Assembly (NCBI GenBank): GCA_964618415.1
Contig: CAZUAT010000001.1
Span: 63,957-127,956 of the forward strand
From: an uncultured Thermoanaerobaculia bacterium
Lineage (GTDB): Bacteria; Acidobacteriota; Thermoanaerobaculia; Multivoradales; JAGPDF01
Reading direction: 5' to 3'
DNA: 64,000 nucleotides
A program made the translations under genes and the position numbers. Under the pieces are notes generated by a model. The model was not told the DNA's origin, made no database searches, and saw only the letters and a list, made by a program, of their open reading frames with translations. Positions within the stretch are counted from its first letter, which is position 1; every line of letters starts with the position of its first letter. Below, piece by piece: positions 26,313-37,028 of this stretch.

Positions 26313-28034
26313 ATGAGCAATCGACTCGGGGACGTCCTCGTCCAGGCTGGCAAGATCACCCCGCAACAGCTCCAGCAGGGGCTGGCGATGCAGAAGGAGA
26401 AGGGCGGCCGCATCGGCTCAGCCCTCGTCAAGCTCGGCCTGATCTCCGACAAGGAGCTGGTCGAGTTTCTCTCGCAGCACTTCGGCGTGCCGGCCATCGA
26501 CCTGTCCCGGGTCGAGATCGACGAGTCGGTAGTCAAGATCGTCCCCGCGGAAACGGCTCGCAAGTACCTCATCCTGCCGGTCGCGAAGGTGGGCGCCAAG
26601 GTCACTCTGGCGATGATCGATCCCACCAACCTGTTCGCGATGGACGACATCAAGTTCAAGACCGGGTACAGCGTCGACCCGGTGGTCGCCTCCGAATCGG
26701 CGATCCGCGCGGGGATCGACAAGTACTACGGCTCGACGCACGCCATTGAGCTGAAGAAGGTAATGGAGGACCTTTCCGAGCCGGCTCAGGCTGACGCCTC
26801 GCTCGAAGTCCTCGACGATGACCAGGAGCTCGACCTCGACACGCTCGAGAAGGAGTCCGAGGAAGCGCCGGTCGTCCGCCTGGTCAACATCATCCTCACC
26901 GACGCGATCAAGCGCGGCGCTTCGGACATTCACGTCGAGCCATACGAAAAGGACTACCGGGTCCGCTACCGGATCGACGGCCTGCTGTGGGAGATGATGC
27001 GGCCGCCGCTGCGCCTGCGGGAGGCGATCACCAGCCGTATCAAGATCCTGGCCAAGCTCGACATCGCCGAAAAGCGGATGCCGCAGGACGGCCGCATCAA
27101 GATCAAGACCCGGATCCAGGAGCGCGTCAAGGACCTCGACTACCGCGTCTCGGTGCTGCCGACGATCTTCGGCGAGAAGATCGTCATGCGGCTCCTCGAC
27201 AAGGACAACCTGATGCTCGACATGGGGCGGCTCGGCTTCGAGGCCGACTCGCTCCGCCGCTTCGAGCAGGCGATTCTGAAGCCGTTCGGGATGGTGCTGG
27301 TCACCGGGCCGACCGGTTCGGGCAAGACGAACACGCTCTACTCGGCGCTGCAGCGGATCAACAAGGAAGATGTCAACATCATCACCGCCGAGGATCCGGT
27401 CGAATTCAACCTGCCGGGAATCAACCAGGTCCAGATGAAGGAGCAGATCGGCCTCAACTTCGCGGCCGCTCTGCGCTCCTTCTTGCGCCAGGACCCCAAC
27501 ATCATCCTGGTCGGTGAGATCCGCGACTTCGAGACGGCCGAGGTGGCCATCAAGGCCGCCATGACCGGCCACCTGGTGCTGTCGACGCTGCACACGAACG
27601 ACGCTCCGTCGTCGATCAACCGACTGATGAACATGGGCATCGAGCCATTCCTGGTTGCGACGTCCGTTCATCTGATTGCGGCTCAGCGACTGGTCCGCCG
27701 GATCTGCACGTCCTGCAAGGAGCCGGTCGAGGTCGCCCCTGCGGCACTGGTCAATGTCGGCTTCGGCGAGAAGGAGTCCAAGACCCTGAAGCTGTTCAAG
27801 GGTCGGGGCTGCGAGAAGTGCTCGAACACCGGCTACAAGGGCCGCGTCGCGCTCTACGAAGTCATGGACATCCACGACGACGTGCGCGAGCTCATCCTGT
27901 CCGGAGCCTCGGCGGTCGAACTCCGCAACAAGGCGATCGAGAACGGCATGATCACGCTGCGCGGCTCGGGCCTGCAGAAGATCCGCGAAGGGGTCACGAC
28001 GATCGACGAAGTCGTCCGCGAGACGGTGCTCTGA
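26313..28034 (+). CDS. pilB: Type IV pilus assembly ATPase PilB (GspE/T2SSE family) with N-terminal MshEN-type domain
   Basis: 573 aa. Tandem MshEN-like motifs (RLGDVLVQAGKITPQQLQQGLAMQ; RIGSALVKLGLISDKELVEFLSQH). Walker A GPTGSGKTNT. Tetra-Cys CTSC...CEKC. Confidence 0.92.
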   Translation: MSNRLGDVLVQAGKITPQQLQQGLAMQKEKGGRIGSALVKLGLISDKELVEFLSQHFGVPAIDLSRVEIDESVVKIVPAETARKYLILPVAKVGAKVTLAMIDPTNLFAMDDIKFKTGYSVDPVVASESAIRAGIDKYYGSTHAIELKKVMEDLSEPAQADASLEVLDDDQELDLDTLEKESEEAPVVRLVNIILTDAIKRGASDIHVEPYEKDYRVRYRIDGLLWEMMRPPLRLREAITSRIKILAKLDIAEKRMPQDGRIKIKTRIQERVKDLDYRVSVLPTIFGEKIVMRLLDKDNLMLDMGRLGFEADSLRRFEQAILKPFGMVLVTGPTGSGKTNTLYSALQRINKEDVNIITAEDPVEFNLPGINQVQMKEQIGLNFAAALRSFLRQDPNIILVGEIRDFETAEVAIKAAMTGHLVLSTLHTNDAPSSINRLMNMGIEPFLVATSVHLIAAQRLVRRICTSCKEPVEVAPAALVNVGFGEKESKTLKLFKGRGCEKCSNTGYKGRVALYEVMDIHDDVRELILSGASAVELRNKAIENGMITLRGSGLQKIREGVTTIDEVVRETVL

Positions 28035-28062
28035 TCGACCGCTGACCGCCCCGGTCGCCGCC

Positions 28063-28791
28063 TTGCGCAAGTACGTTGTCTTCCTGTTCCTCGCCACGAT
28101 TCGCATCGTCGCGCTGACCTTCTGGCGGCGCGAGGTTCGCTGGGTGGGTGACGTTCCCCCGGGCGATCCCTGGAAGGGCGCACGAGTCGTGTGCTTCCTG
28201 CATCACACCAGTCTGTTCGAGTGGGTTTACATCTCGGTGGCCCCGCTGCGCTTCCTCTGGCGTGCCGCCTGCCACGGCGTCGTGCCCGCCGCCGACAAGA
28301 CGCTGCGGCGCCCCCTGGTGGGGACGTTCTACAAGCTGCTCGCGGCGAACGTCGTCTCCATCACTCGGGAGCGGGATCACACCTGGCGCGACGTGCTGGC
28401 CCGCATCGACCCGGATTCGATGGTCATGATCGCTCCCGAGGGGCGGATGATGCGGCGTAACGGACTCGACGCGGACGGCAGGCCGATGACGGTGCGGGGT
28501 GGCATCTCGGACATTCTCGAGGCGATCGAAGCGGGTCCGCTGCTGATCGCGTACAGCGGTGGGCTGCACCACGTGCAGGCACCCGGCGAGATCGTGCCGC
28601 GGCCGTTCCGGACCATCCGGATGAACATCGAGCACGTGGAGATCGCGGAGTTCCGGCGCGAGTTGCGCGCCCGCGCCGCGAGCGACGCCGCCTTCAAGCG
28701 TGCCGTAGTCAGCGAACTGGAGCGCCGGCGTGATCTTTACTGCCCGACCCCCGAGAATCTCGCGCGGGCCGGCAGCGCCAATCTGGCCTGA
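28063..28791 (+). CDS. Putative lysophospholipid acyltransferase (PlsC/LPLAT-like) family protein
   Basis: TTG start. N-terminal TM helix. HHTSLFE (an HX4D/E-like block). MIAPEGRM (an FPEGTR-like block). Family assignment is by motif only. Confidence 0.55.
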   Translation: MRKYVVFLFLATIRIVALTFWRREVRWVGDVPPGDPWKGARVVCFLHHTSLFEWVYISVAPLRFLWRAACHGVVPAADKTLRRPLVGTFYKLLAANVVSITRERDHTWRDVLARIDPDSMVMIAPEGRMMRRNGLDADGRPMTVRGGISDILEAIEAGPLLIAYSGGLHHVQAPGEIVPRPFRTIRMNIEHVEIAEFRRELRARAASDAAFKRAVVSELERRRDLYCPTPENLARAGSANLA

Positions 28792-28803
28792 GCTCGACGC
28801 GAT

Positions 28804-29376
28804 TCAGGCGCGTGAATCCCAGGTGACGTCGGCTCCTCCCTCGAGCCGATTGGTTGCTCGGGCGAGCACGAAGAGCGCATCCGAGAGCCGGTTCAGATAG
28901 GGCAGCGTCCACGGCCCGACACTTTCCTCGCGCGCCAGCGAGACGAGCAGGCGCTCGGCGCGCCGGCAGACCGTTCGGGCCACATGCAGGGCGGCAGCGG
29001 CGCGCGTTCCCGCCGGCAGGATGAAGTTCTCGAGCGGCTCGAGCTCGTCGTTCCAGCGGTCGATCAGCCGCTCCAGAGCCACCACATGCCGCTCCTCGAT
29101 GCGCGGGACCGGATGTCGCTCCTTCTCCGCCTCTGGCACGCACAGGTCGGAACCGAGATGAAACAGCTCGTTCTGGATGCGCGCCAGGTCGGCCTGGAGG
29201 GGCTCGGCCACTGGGGCGGCGCGGGCCGTCCCGATGACCGAGTTCAGCTCGTCGACGGTGCCGTAGCAGTCGATTCGCAGGTGATCTTTCGGCAGCCGGC
29301 CACCGAACCCCAGGGCGGTCGTTCCGTCGTCGCCCTTGCGGGTGTAGATTCGCGTCAATCGTGGCACGCCCGACAT
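28804..29376 (-). CDS. PduO-type ATP:cob(I)alamin adenosyltransferase
   Basis: [17 protein letters not shown]-terminus and a helical-bundle C-terminus. ATG 29376; an alternative TTG 29358 would give the canonical MxIYT start. Confidence 0.88.
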   Translation of the reverse strand: MSGVPRLTRIYTRKGDDGTTALGFGGRLPKDHLRIDCYGTVDELNSVIGTARAAPVAEPLQADLARIQNELFHLGSDLCVPEAEKERHPVPRIEERHVVALERLIDRWNDELEPLENFILPAGTRAAAALHVARTVCRRAERLLVSLAREESVGPWTLPYLNRLSDALFVLARATNRLEGGADVTWDSRA

Positions 29377-30335
29377 CCTACTCCGGCCTCTCGACCCGCG
29401 CCGCCCGGTCCTGGCCCCGCGGTTTCGTGGTCCTCGTGGCTCTCCTCCTGGGGGCCTGCGCGACGGTGCGGCAGACCGGGCGGGTCACCAGCAACGACCC
29501 GGCCACCGGCGGCATCCACGTCAGCATTCACGCCGACGACGACGATCGCGCGCTCGGGGCCGACTATCCCGAGCCGGTTCGCTCGGTACTCGAGCGCCGT
29601 GTCGACGGGGTCTGGCTGCCCGTCTTCACCAGCCTGGAGTCGCGCTGGGCGGTGGCCGGACTGGAACCGGGCAGATACCGGGTGCGGATGGATACCCGGC
29701 TCGATCCGACCGGCCGGGCCGTACCGCTCGACCACCCGGTCGTCGAGCGCGTGCGCGTGCAGGCCGGCGAGGTCGTGCACGTCGAGGTCCTGCTCGACCA
29801 GGTCTCGCCGGTCGTCGTAGCCGCTGGCGCCGCCGCCGTCGTGGTCGCGGCGGTGCTGCTGCACGAATGGCTGGGCGATCTCGACCTGCCGGAGCCTCCG
29901 CGCCCGCCGGCCTGGGCGCTCGATGCGGCATTCTGGGTCACCGTCGACTGGGCCACCGAACCCCACAGCTGGATCCCCCGCGATCGCGCGCCGCAGGTCA
30001 CGTCGCACTTTCCGCGCGACGGCGATCTCGTCGATACCCGCCATCCCCAGATCGTCTTCGTGCTCTCCGAGCCGATCGACCCGACGCGCGGGGTCGAGGA
30101 TGCCGTCCGAGTCGAGCTGGTGGACGGCGGAGAGATCCCCGGCCGCACGGTCTGGCACGAGGAGACCTGGTGGCTGACCTGGGAGCCCGAGGATGAACTG
30201 CCCCCTGGCGCTCAGCTGCGCGCCACGTTGCTTCCCGAGACCGTGGTCGACCGTGTGGGTGCCCCGATTGGCCGCGCGGTGAGCTTCGAGTTCGAGACGG
30301 CGGAGGACGATTCCGAGCACGGAGCGGAGCTTTGA
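29361..30335 (+). CDS. Lipoprotein with internal TM segment and C-terminal SbsA-Ig/Big_5-like domain
   Basis: GTG start. Lipobox LLLGAC. Internal hydrophobic stretch [21 protein letters not shown]-terminal beta-rich domain. No family confidently recognised. Confidence 0.6.
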   Translation: MARPTSYSGLSTRAARSWPRGFVVLVALLLGACATVRQTGRVTSNDPATGGIHVSIHADDDDRALGADYPEPVRSVLERRVDGVWLPVFTSLESRWAVAGLEPGRYRVRMDTRLDPTGRAVPLDHPVVERVRVQAGEVVHVEVLLDQVSPVVVAAGAAAVVVAAVLLHEWLGDLDLPEPPRPPAWALDAAFWVTVDWATEPHSWIPRDRAPQVTSHFPRDGDLVDTRHPQIVFVLSEPIDPTRGVEDAVRVELVDGGEIPGRTVWHEETWWLTWEPEDELPPGAQLRATLLPETVVDRVGAPIGRAVSFEFETAEDDSEHGAEL

Positions 30336-30826
30336 CGGCGGAACCGGCGCCGCGCGTTGCCGAGCGCGGCCTGCTGTCGTTCTACGACCGGCTGCGGGCG
30401 CGCATGCTCGCTGCCGCCGCCCGGCGCAGCCACCGCTACGGCAAGTCGGTCGTCGAGGCGATGCTGCTGGTGCCGGACGTGTTCATCCTCCTCGTCCGGC
30501 TGGCGCTGGACCGTCAGGTTCCGGCCGAGGCCCGCGCGCTCATCGGTGGGACCCTCGCCTACTTCCTGCTGCCGGTCGACCTGTTTCCCGAGGCGGTCGT
30601 CGGCGCGCCGGGCTTCCTGGACGATCTCGTCCTCGCTGCGGCGGTACTCAGCCAGGCGCTCGGGGGTGAGCTGGAGCCGCACGCCCGCCGCCACTGGAAC
30701 GGCGACCAGGAGCTGCGCCAGACCCTGCAGGACATCACTTCCAGCGCCCGCAGTCTGCTCGGTAGGGACCTCTACTCCCGCCTGCGCCGCACCCTCGCCC
30801 GTCGCGGCGTCGACCTGGGCGACTGA
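30332..30826 (+). CDS. DUF1232 (YkvA-like) membrane protein
   Basis: TTG 30332 overlaps the upstream stop. LAYFLLPVDLFPEAVVGAPGFLDDLVL block is typical of DUF1232. Confidence 0.75.
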   Translation: MTAEPAPRVAERGLLSFYDRLRARMLAAAARRSHRYGKSVVEAMLLVPDVFILLVRLALDRQVPAEARALIGGTLAYFLLPVDLFPEAVVGAPGFLDDLVLAAAVLSQALGGELEPHARRHWNGDQELRQTLQDITSSARSLLGRDLYSRLRRTLARRGVDLGD

Positions 30827-30856
30827 CTCGCCGGACGCCGAGGCCAACCTCCGGCC

Positions 30857-31180
30857 TCAGTTCTCCCAGGAAGTCGGCCAGGCCGAGCCGGCGCCGCGCG
30901 CGCCGCGGGACATGTAGTCGGACATCGTGATGCCGAACATGAGCAGGATGAAGAAGACCGCACTGGCAATCACCAGCGGGATCAGCCGGGTCGAGTACTT
31001 CACGTGCATGAAGAACAGCACGACCAGCGAGGCCTTGACCAGTGCGATGCCGAGCATCACGACGTTGTTGAGTGCTCCCAGGTCCACGTACGCCACGCCC
31101 ACCGTGATGGCGGTGAACACCATCAGGGCGAGAAAAATCATGATGTAGATCCGAACCGGGACGACGTGATGCTCCGACAT
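30857..31180 (-). CDS. ctaF: Cytochrome c oxidase subunit IV (prokaryotic caa3-type)
   Basis: 107 aa, three TM helices. HVVPVRIYIMIFLALMVFTAITV. Last gene of the oxidase cluster. Confidence 0.8.
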   Translation of the reverse strand: MSEHHVVPVRIYIMIFLALMVFTAITVGVAYVDLGALNNVVMLGIALVKASLVVLFFMHVKYSTRLIPLVIASAVFFILLMFGITMSDYMSRGARGAGSAWPTSWEN

Positions 31181-31196
31181 GGTCCTCGCCTCCGCC

Positions 31197-31844
31197 TCAG
31201 TGACGGCCGATCAGATAGAGCAGGGGGAACAGGAAAATCCAGATGATGTCGACGAAGTGCCAGTAGAGCCCGAAGTTCTCGACCGGGTTGTAGTACGTCG
31301 AGCTGTAGCGGCCGGCGACCGTTCCGCGCAGGAGCCAGATCAGGATGCCGAAGCCGATGATCATGTGCAGCGCGTGCATCCCGGTCATGGCAAAGTAGAG
31401 GACGAAGAACATCTCTGCCCGGTCCCCCACCTCCCCGAGGAAGTGGAAGTCCGCGCCTGGGATCAGGTGGTGATGCCACTTGGCGCTGTACTCGAAGTAC
31501 TTGATGACCAGGAACGCGAGGCCCAGCACGCCGGTCGCCGTCATGTAGCCGATCGCGGCCTGGCGGCGGTCGATCTGCACTGAGCGGACGGCCATCGCCA
31601 TGGTCAGCGAGCTGCCGATCAGGATGACCGTGTTGATCACGCCGAGCGTGATGTCCAGTTCGTGGCTGCCCGCCGCGAAGGCCGCCGGGTCCCGCCAGCG
31701 GTAGAGCAGGTAAGCCATGAACAGGCCGCCGAAGAACATCACCTCCTGGGCGAGGAACAGCCACATCCCCAGGGTCGACGACTCCCGCTGCTGTTCGAGC
31801 GTGTCGAAGTGGTGTGCCAGGGCGCTCGACTGACTGTGCGACAC
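31197..31844 (-). CDS. ctaE: Cytochrome c oxidase subunit III
   Basis: 215 aa. LGMWLFLAQEVMFFGGLF...YWHFVDIIWIFLFPLLYL. Confidence 0.92.
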   Translation of the reverse strand: MSHSQSSALAHHFDTLEQQRESSTLGMWLFLAQEVMFFGGLFMAYLLYRWRDPAAFAAGSHELDITLGVINTVILIGSSLTMAMAVRSVQIDRRQAAIGYMTATGVLGLAFLVIKYFEYSAKWHHHLIPGADFHFLGEVGDRAEMFFVLYFAMTGMHALHMIIGFGILIWLLRGTVAGRYSSTYYNPVENFGLYWHFVDIIWIFLFPLLYLIGRH

Positions 31845-31861
31845 GAAGTTCTCTCCTCGCC

Positions 31862-33505
31862 TCAGTGGCGGCCGGCAGGTGAAGGAGCACCCGCCGCGCC
31901 TTGGCCGGCGCGCGCGGCGTAGTCGTAGGCCTCGCCGGTGACGACCGGGATCTCGTGGAAGTTATGGACCGGCGGCGGCGATTCGGTCTCCCACTCGAGC
32001 CCGAACGCGCCCCAGGGGTTGCGGCCTGCGACCCGACCGGCCTTCAGCGACCAAAGCAGGTAGATCGCGGGCAGGATGAAGCCGAGGGCGAGCACCGACG
32101 CGCCCGCGGTCGACAGCACGTTGAGCACCTGCCATTCCTCCGGGTACTGGTGATAGCGCCGCGGCATTCCGAGCAGGCCGAGCAGGAACTGTGGGAAGAA
32201 GGTCAGGTTGAAGCCGACGAACACCAGCATGGCCGAGATGCGCGCCCAGAACTCGTTGTACAGGCGGCCGGTGATCTTCGGCCACCAGAAGTGGAGACCG
32301 CCGAGATAGCCCATGATCGTGCCACCGACCATTACGTAGTGGAAGTGGGCGACGACGAAGTAGGTGTCGTGGACGTGCACGTCGAAGCCCAGCGTCCCCA
32401 GGAAGACCCCGGTCAGCCCTCCGATGGTGAACAGCCCGATGAAACCGAGCGCATACAGCATCGGGGTCTGCAGCGAGACCGAGCCCTTGTAGAGCGTGAA
32501 CGACCAGTTGAAGACCTTCACCGCCGAGGGAATGGCCACCAGCATGGTGAGCAGAGAGAAGATCGTGCTCGCGTACACCGACTGGCTGGAGACGAACAGG
32601 TGGTGGCCCCACACGAAGAACCCCAGCACCGCAATCCCGATCGACGAGAACGCGACGAAGTGGTACCCGAAAATTCGCTTGCGCGCGAATGCGGCGACCA
32701 GTTCGGAGATCACCGCCATCGACGGCAGGATCATGATGTAGACGGCCGGGTGCGAGTAGAACCAGAACAGATGCTGGAACAGCACCGGGTCGCCCCCCTT
32801 GGCCGGGTCGAAGACGCCCAGGTGGAACGCTCGCTCCAGGACCAGGAGCACCAGGGTGATCGCCACCACGGGCGTGCCGAGCACGTTGATGATGCTGGTG
32901 GCGTACATGCTCCAGGTAAACAGCGGCATGCGGAACCAGGTCATTCCCGGCGCGCGCATCCGGTGCGTCGTCACCATGAAGTTGAGGCCGGTGAGAATCG
33001 ACGAGAATCCGTTGATGAAGACGCCGATCCCGGTAATCAGGACGTTCGACTGCGAGAACAGCGAGCTGTACGGCGGATAGAAGGTCCAGCCCGTGTCGGC
33101 GCCGCCCATCACGATGCCCGCCAGCGCCAGCGTCCCGCCGATCATGTAGAGGTACCAGCTCAACAGGTTCAGGCGCGGGAAAGCGACGTCCTTGGCGCCG
33201 ATCATCAGCGGAATGAGGAAGTTGCCCAGCACACCCGGAATGGCGGGAATGAGGAAGAAGAACACCATCATCACGCCGTGGTTGGTGAACAGCCGGTTGT
33301 AGGTATCCGGCTGCACCAGGTCTCCGGCGGGAGTGAGCAGCTCCAGGCGGATCAGCATCGCGAAGATGCCGCCGAGCAGGAAGAAGCCGCTCACGGACAT
33401 CAGGTAGAGCAGGCCGATGCGCTTGTGGTCGAGCGACAGCAGCCACGACCTGAGGCCGTGCGCGGCGTTGAGATAGTTCTTGCCGTCCGTCTCGTGGGCG
33501 GTCAT
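31862..33505 (-). CDS. ctaD: Cytochrome c oxidase subunit I (heme-copper oxidase, A-type)
   Basis: 547 aa. [43 protein letters not shown] motifs. Confidence 0.96.
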   Translation of the reverse strand: MTAHETDGKNYLNAAHGLRSWLLSLDHKRIGLLYLMSVSGFFLLGGIFAMLIRLELLTPAGDLVQPDTYNRLFTNHGVMMVFFFLIPAIPGVLGNFLIPLMIGAKDVAFPRLNLLSWYLYMIGGTLALAGIVMGGADTGWTFYPPYSSLFSQSNVLITGIGVFINGFSSILTGLNFMVTTHRMRAPGMTWFRMPLFTWSMYATSIINVLGTPVVAITLVLLVLERAFHLGVFDPAKGGDPVLFQHLFWFYSHPAVYIMILPSMAVISELVAAFARKRIFGYHFVAFSSIGIAVLGFFVWGHHLFVSSQSVYASTIFSLLTMLVAIPSAVKVFNWSFTLYKGSVSLQTPMLYALGFIGLFTIGGLTGVFLGTLGFDVHVHDTYFVVAHFHYVMVGGTIMGYLGGLHFWWPKITGRLYNEFWARISAMLVFVGFNLTFFPQFLLGLLGMPRRYHQYPEEWQVLNVLSTAGASVLALGFILPAIYLLWSLKAGRVAGRNPWGAFGLEWETESPPPVHNFHEIPVVTGEAYDYAARAGQGAAGAPSPAGRH

Positions 33506-34485
33506 CGGACGACTCCTTCGGCCTCGGCGCCGGTGGCAGCCGCGGCGCCGCCAGCGAGGCCCTTGATGTAATTGATCAGCGCCCGGATGTCGTCCTCGCT
33601 CACCTGACCCTTGAAGCTCGGCATGACCGGTTGGTAGCCCGCCACGACCTTGGCCGTCGGTTCGAGGAGCGATTCCCGAATGTAGTTGTCGTCGACCACG
33701 ACCTTCTCACCCGTCGACAGCTCGACCTCGTGACCATAGACACCGCGCAGCGAGGGTCCGATCACGCTCGCCTCGTCCCGGTGGCAGGTGCTGCAGGCAA
33801 GCCGCGCGAACAGCTGCTCGCCCGATTCGCCGGCCGGAGCCGGGAGCGCCGGGACCGCGACCTCGGCGAGCCAGTTCTGATACTCGTCAGCGGGCAGCAC
33901 CTGCACCCAGCCGATCATGTGCGAGTGCTCGGCGCCGCAGAACTCGGCACAGAAGAGGTGGAAGCGACCCAGCTTGGTCGGCGTGAACCACATGGTCGTG
34001 TAGCGGCCCGGAACGACGTCGAGCTTGGTGCGGAACGCCGGCACGAAGAAGCTGTGCAGGACGTCTTCGGAGGTCATGGTGAGCTTGACCGGCTGGCCGA
34101 TCGGGACGTGCAGCGAATTGATCTCACGCTGGCCGGTCGGGTGCTGGATCTTCCACATCCACTGCTTGCCAGTGACGAAGTACTCGGCCGCATCCGCCGG
34201 CGGACGGTAGATCTTGAAGTAGACCTTGGCGCCCCAGACGAACGTGAACAGCACGATGAGCAGCGGGATGATCGTCCAGGTCACCTCGAGCAGTGTCGAC
34301 CCGTCGAACGAACCGCCGATCTGGTCGGGGTGGGTGCGCCGGTACCGCACGACGAAGCCCAGCACCATGACCGCGATGAGCACGGTGAAGAACGTGCCCA
34401 TGGCGACCAGATAGAAGGTCAGATGGTCGGAGTCCCTGGCGAAGCTGGAGGCCTGCTCGGGGAGGAAGGGGATCTTGAACGACAT
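33502..34485 (-). CDS. ctaC: Cytochrome c oxidase subunit II with fused C-terminal cytochrome c (caa3-type)
   Basis: CuA motif HSFFVPAF...[13 protein letters not shown]-terminal heme site CSTCH. 4-nt overlap with ctaD. Confidence 0.94.
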   Translation of the reverse strand: MSFKIPFLPEQASSFARDSDHLTFYLVAMGTFFTVLIAVMVLGFVVRYRRTHPDQIGGSFDGSTLLEVTWTIIPLLIVLFTFVWGAKVYFKIYRPPADAAEYFVTGKQWMWKIQHPTGQREINSLHVPIGQPVKLTMTSEDVLHSFFVPAFRTKLDVVPGRYTTMWFTPTKLGRFHLFCAEFCGAEHSHMIGWVQVLPADEYQNWLAEVAVPALPAPAGESGEQLFARLACSTCHRDEASVIGPSLRGVYGHEVELSTGEKVVVDDNYIRESLLEPTAKVVAGYQPVMPSFKGQVSEDDIRALINYIKGLAGGAAAATGAEAEGVVR

Positions 34486-34487
34486 GA

Positions 34488-35381
34488 TCAGACGGCACCT
34501 CCGGCCGCGAGCCGCCGATTCCGGCGTCCCCGACGCTGGGCGATGAGGAAGTAGAGGACGAGTGCCAGCAGCGTCGCGACCCCCGCGAGGCGCAGCGCGA
34601 GCATCGAGGCGGCCGTATAGCGGCCGAGCCCCGCGTCGTAGCGGAAGCAGTAGAGCAGGAGCTTCTCGACCGCGCCGCCGATCTTTCCGGCCGACGACTC
34701 GACGAGCGCCAGCTTCAGATCGCGCGGCGCGAACTCGGCGCCGTAGAGGTAGCGCGACAGCCGGCCATCCGGTGTGGCAACCATGATCCCCGCGGCGTGT
34801 GCGAACTGCCCGGTCGCTTCCTCGCGCACGACGCGGAAACCGACGGTTTCGAGCAGCGTGTCGATGCTCGCCTGGTCCGCGGTGAGGAAGTGCCAGCCGC
34901 GCGTGCTCGACTCCTTGCCGCCATATGCCTCGACGGTTCGCCGGCGCGTCTCGGACGCCCGCTCCGGCGTGTCGGTCGCATCGAAGCTCACGAAGACCAC
35001 TTCGTAGTCCTCACCCGGGGCAAGGTCGAGAGGCCGGGCCGCCATCGCCGTCCCGCGCTCGACCAGGCCGCACAGGACGGGGCAGCGGTAGTAGACGAGG
35101 CCCAGCACCACCGGTCGCTCGCCGAAGAATTCACCCAGCCGATGGCCGCGCCCGTCCTCGTCGATCACGGGAAGATCGAGGGGCAGCTGCGCGCCGAGGC
35201 GCTGATCGAAACCGACCGTATCGATGATGCGCTGGGCCGAGAGCGCGTCGGCCGGGTTCTCCACCGCCGGCGCGAGGCCGCGTCCGGTCATGAACTGCGC
35301 CGGGGCCGGAGCCGCGGCTGCCAAGGCCCAGAGTCCGACGGCGGCACCGGCCGCGCGACCGATCCAGCGACGACGGTTCAC
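34488..35381 (-). CDS. SCO1/SenC copper chaperone with extra C-terminal TM helix
   Basis: GTG 35381 (GTGA overlap). Signal anchor. CxxxC motif YYRCPVLCG. C-terminal helix AGVATLLALVLYFLI. The track start 35783 is an extension. Confidence 0.88.
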   Translation of the reverse strand: MNRRRWIGRAAGAAVGLWALAAAAPAPAQFMTGRGLAPAVENPADALSAQRIIDTVGFDQRLGAQLPLDLPVIDEDGRGHRLGEFFGERPVVLGLVYYRCPVLCGLVERGTAMAARPLDLAPGEDYEVVFVSFDATDTPERASETRRRTVEAYGGKESSTRGWHFLTADQASIDTLLETVGFRVVREEATGQFAHAAGIMVATPDGRLSRYLYGAEFAPRDLKLALVESSAGKIGGAVEKLLLYCFRYDAGLGRYTAASMLALRLAGVATLLALVLYFLIAQRRGRRNRRLAAGGAV

Positions 35382-35815
35382 GGCTCGGTCGGCTCCTCGG
35401 TCGGGGTCGCGGCCGTCGCCGCCCCGAACTCGGGCAGGCGACCCGCGGCAGCGACCGCCTCGATCGAACGATCGATCGGCACACGGGCGACGCCCGTGGT
35501 GCGGTCCACCCAGCCCCAGCCGGTCAGATATTCCCGGTCGGCCGCCCGCATGAGCGCCAGCTCCTGCTCCGGGTTGACCTGCAGCCGCGGCCCCGCGGGA
35601 ACGGGCACCTCGCGCGCCTCCAGCAGGGGTGAGGGCTGTGGATCGAGCGCCGCTTCGCTGCGGCCGAACCACTCGTAGAAGCCCCAGGCAGCGGCGAATG
35701 ACGCGATCGTCACCAGCAGCAGGACGACCAGAACCCGGGCGACGACGCCGGACGGGATCTCGTGATCGATCGGCTCGAGCCACTCGGAAGGGGGCTTGGT
35801 CGACTGCTCAGCCAT
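35378..35815 (-). CDS. Hypothetical single-TM protein encoded between actF and SCO1 (ACIII/oxidase-associated by position)
   Basis: 145 aa. TM helix VVARVLVVLLLVTIASFAAAWGF. Start overlaps the actF stop by 8 nt and stop overlaps the SCO1 start. No family recognised. Confidence 0.6.
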   Translation of the reverse strand: MAEQSTKPPSEWLEPIDHEIPSGVVARVLVVLLLVTIASFAAAWGFYEWFGRSEAALDPQPSPLLEAREVPVPAGPRLQVNPEQELALMRAADREYLTGWGWVDRTTGVARVPIDRSIEAVAAAGRLPEFGAATAATPTEEPTEP

Positions 35816-37007
35816 GGCCGGCGACCTCCTCGACAGCCGGGGCGCCGACCGGCAGCAGCGGCTGCTTGCGCAGTTCGTAGGCGAACGCGAAGACCCAGAT
35901 GCCGCCGACGCCGATCACCGCGGCCGGATCGATCCAGCTCAGCGGGAACCCCTCATGGACGAGCGTCGGCCGCGTGAGCCAGATCAGATCGACCCAGCGC
36001 ATGAACAGCACGAACGCCGCGATTGCCGCCACTCGCCCGGAGCTGCGCTTGACGGCGCGGGAGAGCAGGATCAGGAAGGGGAAGAAGAAGTGCAGCACCA
36101 GCAGTCCAACCGCGACCCACGCCCAGTAGCCGTGGAAGCGCTCCTTGAACCAGATCACTTCCTCCGGGATGTTGCCCTGGTAGGCGATGATGAACTGCGA
36201 GATCGACAGGTAGGTGAAGAACATCACGAAGGCAAACAACAGCGTCCCGAAGTCGTGGAAGCGCTTGGAGCTGAGCACAGCGCGCAGCGGTTCGCGGACC
36301 GAGAGCCAACGCGCCATCAGGATCAGAAATGTCAGGCCGGCGATTCCGGAGCCGGCGAGAAAGATGGCGCCGAACAGGCTCGAGAACCAGTGCGGATCGA
36401 GCGACATCAGCCAATCGAAGCCGAGGAACGTCACCACCATCACGAACGTCAGCAGGCCGCCGGCGCTGAAGCGCTGCATCGACCAGGCGGCGGCTGCGCC
36501 GTCCGAGGCCGCGTCCTGGCGCGCCGAGCGACGCGAGAGTACCCAGGCAAAGAATGTGAAGAGCAGAACCGCGCCCACCGTGCGCCCGATGAAGAACGGC
36601 TCGTTGAGGTACGGCTCCTTGTGGTGCAGCAAGTGATCTGCCGCGACCCGCGCCTTGTCGGTCCAGATGAACAGGTGATCCAGACCGAGCAGGAGCGGAA
36701 CCGCCAGCAGGCCGATCAGGGGCATGGTGCGCGCGCCGGCTTCCATCGGGCGTCGCAACGCCAGGCCCCAGCGTCCACCGCTGAGGTGCTGCATGAGCAG
36801 CAGGCCGAGGCAGCCCAGGGCCACCGAGAACCAGAGCAGCCATCCGACCAGGTAGGCGTGAAAGAAGCGCTCCCGATCGAGCAGCGCCCCGGCGATCGTT
36901 GCCGCGCCGCCGACCGCACCGATGATGAGAGCCCGCGTGCCGAGCCCCGCCAGCGCTTGCGGCGCCCGGAAGTCGGCGGCCCGGAGAGGAGTATGCAGAG
37001 AGTTCAT
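35808..37007 (-). CDS. actF: Alternative Complex III subunit ActF (polytopic membrane protein)
   Basis: 399 aa, about 10 TM helices. Position after actE matches the conserved actABCDEF order. Confidence 0.8.
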   Translation of the reverse strand: MNSLHTPLRAADFRAPQALAGLGTRALIIGAVGGAATIAGALLDRERFFHAYLVGWLLWFSVALGCLGLLLMQHLSGGRWGLALRRPMEAGARTMPLIGLLAVPLLLGLDHLFIWTDKARVAADHLLHHKEPYLNEPFFIGRTVGAVLLFTFFAWVLSRRSARQDAASDGAAAAWSMQRFSAGGLLTFVMVVTFLGFDWLMSLDPHWFSSLFGAIFLAGSGIAGLTFLILMARWLSVREPLRAVLSSKRFHDFGTLLFAFVMFFTYLSISQFIIAYQGNIPEEVIWFKERFHGYWAWVAVGLLVLHFFFPFLILLSRAVKRSSGRVAAIAAFVLFMRWVDLIWLTRPTLVHEGFPLSWIDPAAVIGVGGIWVFAFAYELRKQPLLPVGAPAVEEVAGHG

Positions 37008-37028
37008 GTCCGCCTTGGCGCCTCTCGT

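Noticed and set aside
30827-30856. Hairpin GCCGGA-N14-TCCGGC between convergent DUF1232 and ctaF genes as a bidirectional terminator.
   Set aside because: Only a 6-bp stem with a 14-nt loop and no U/A tracts on either side.
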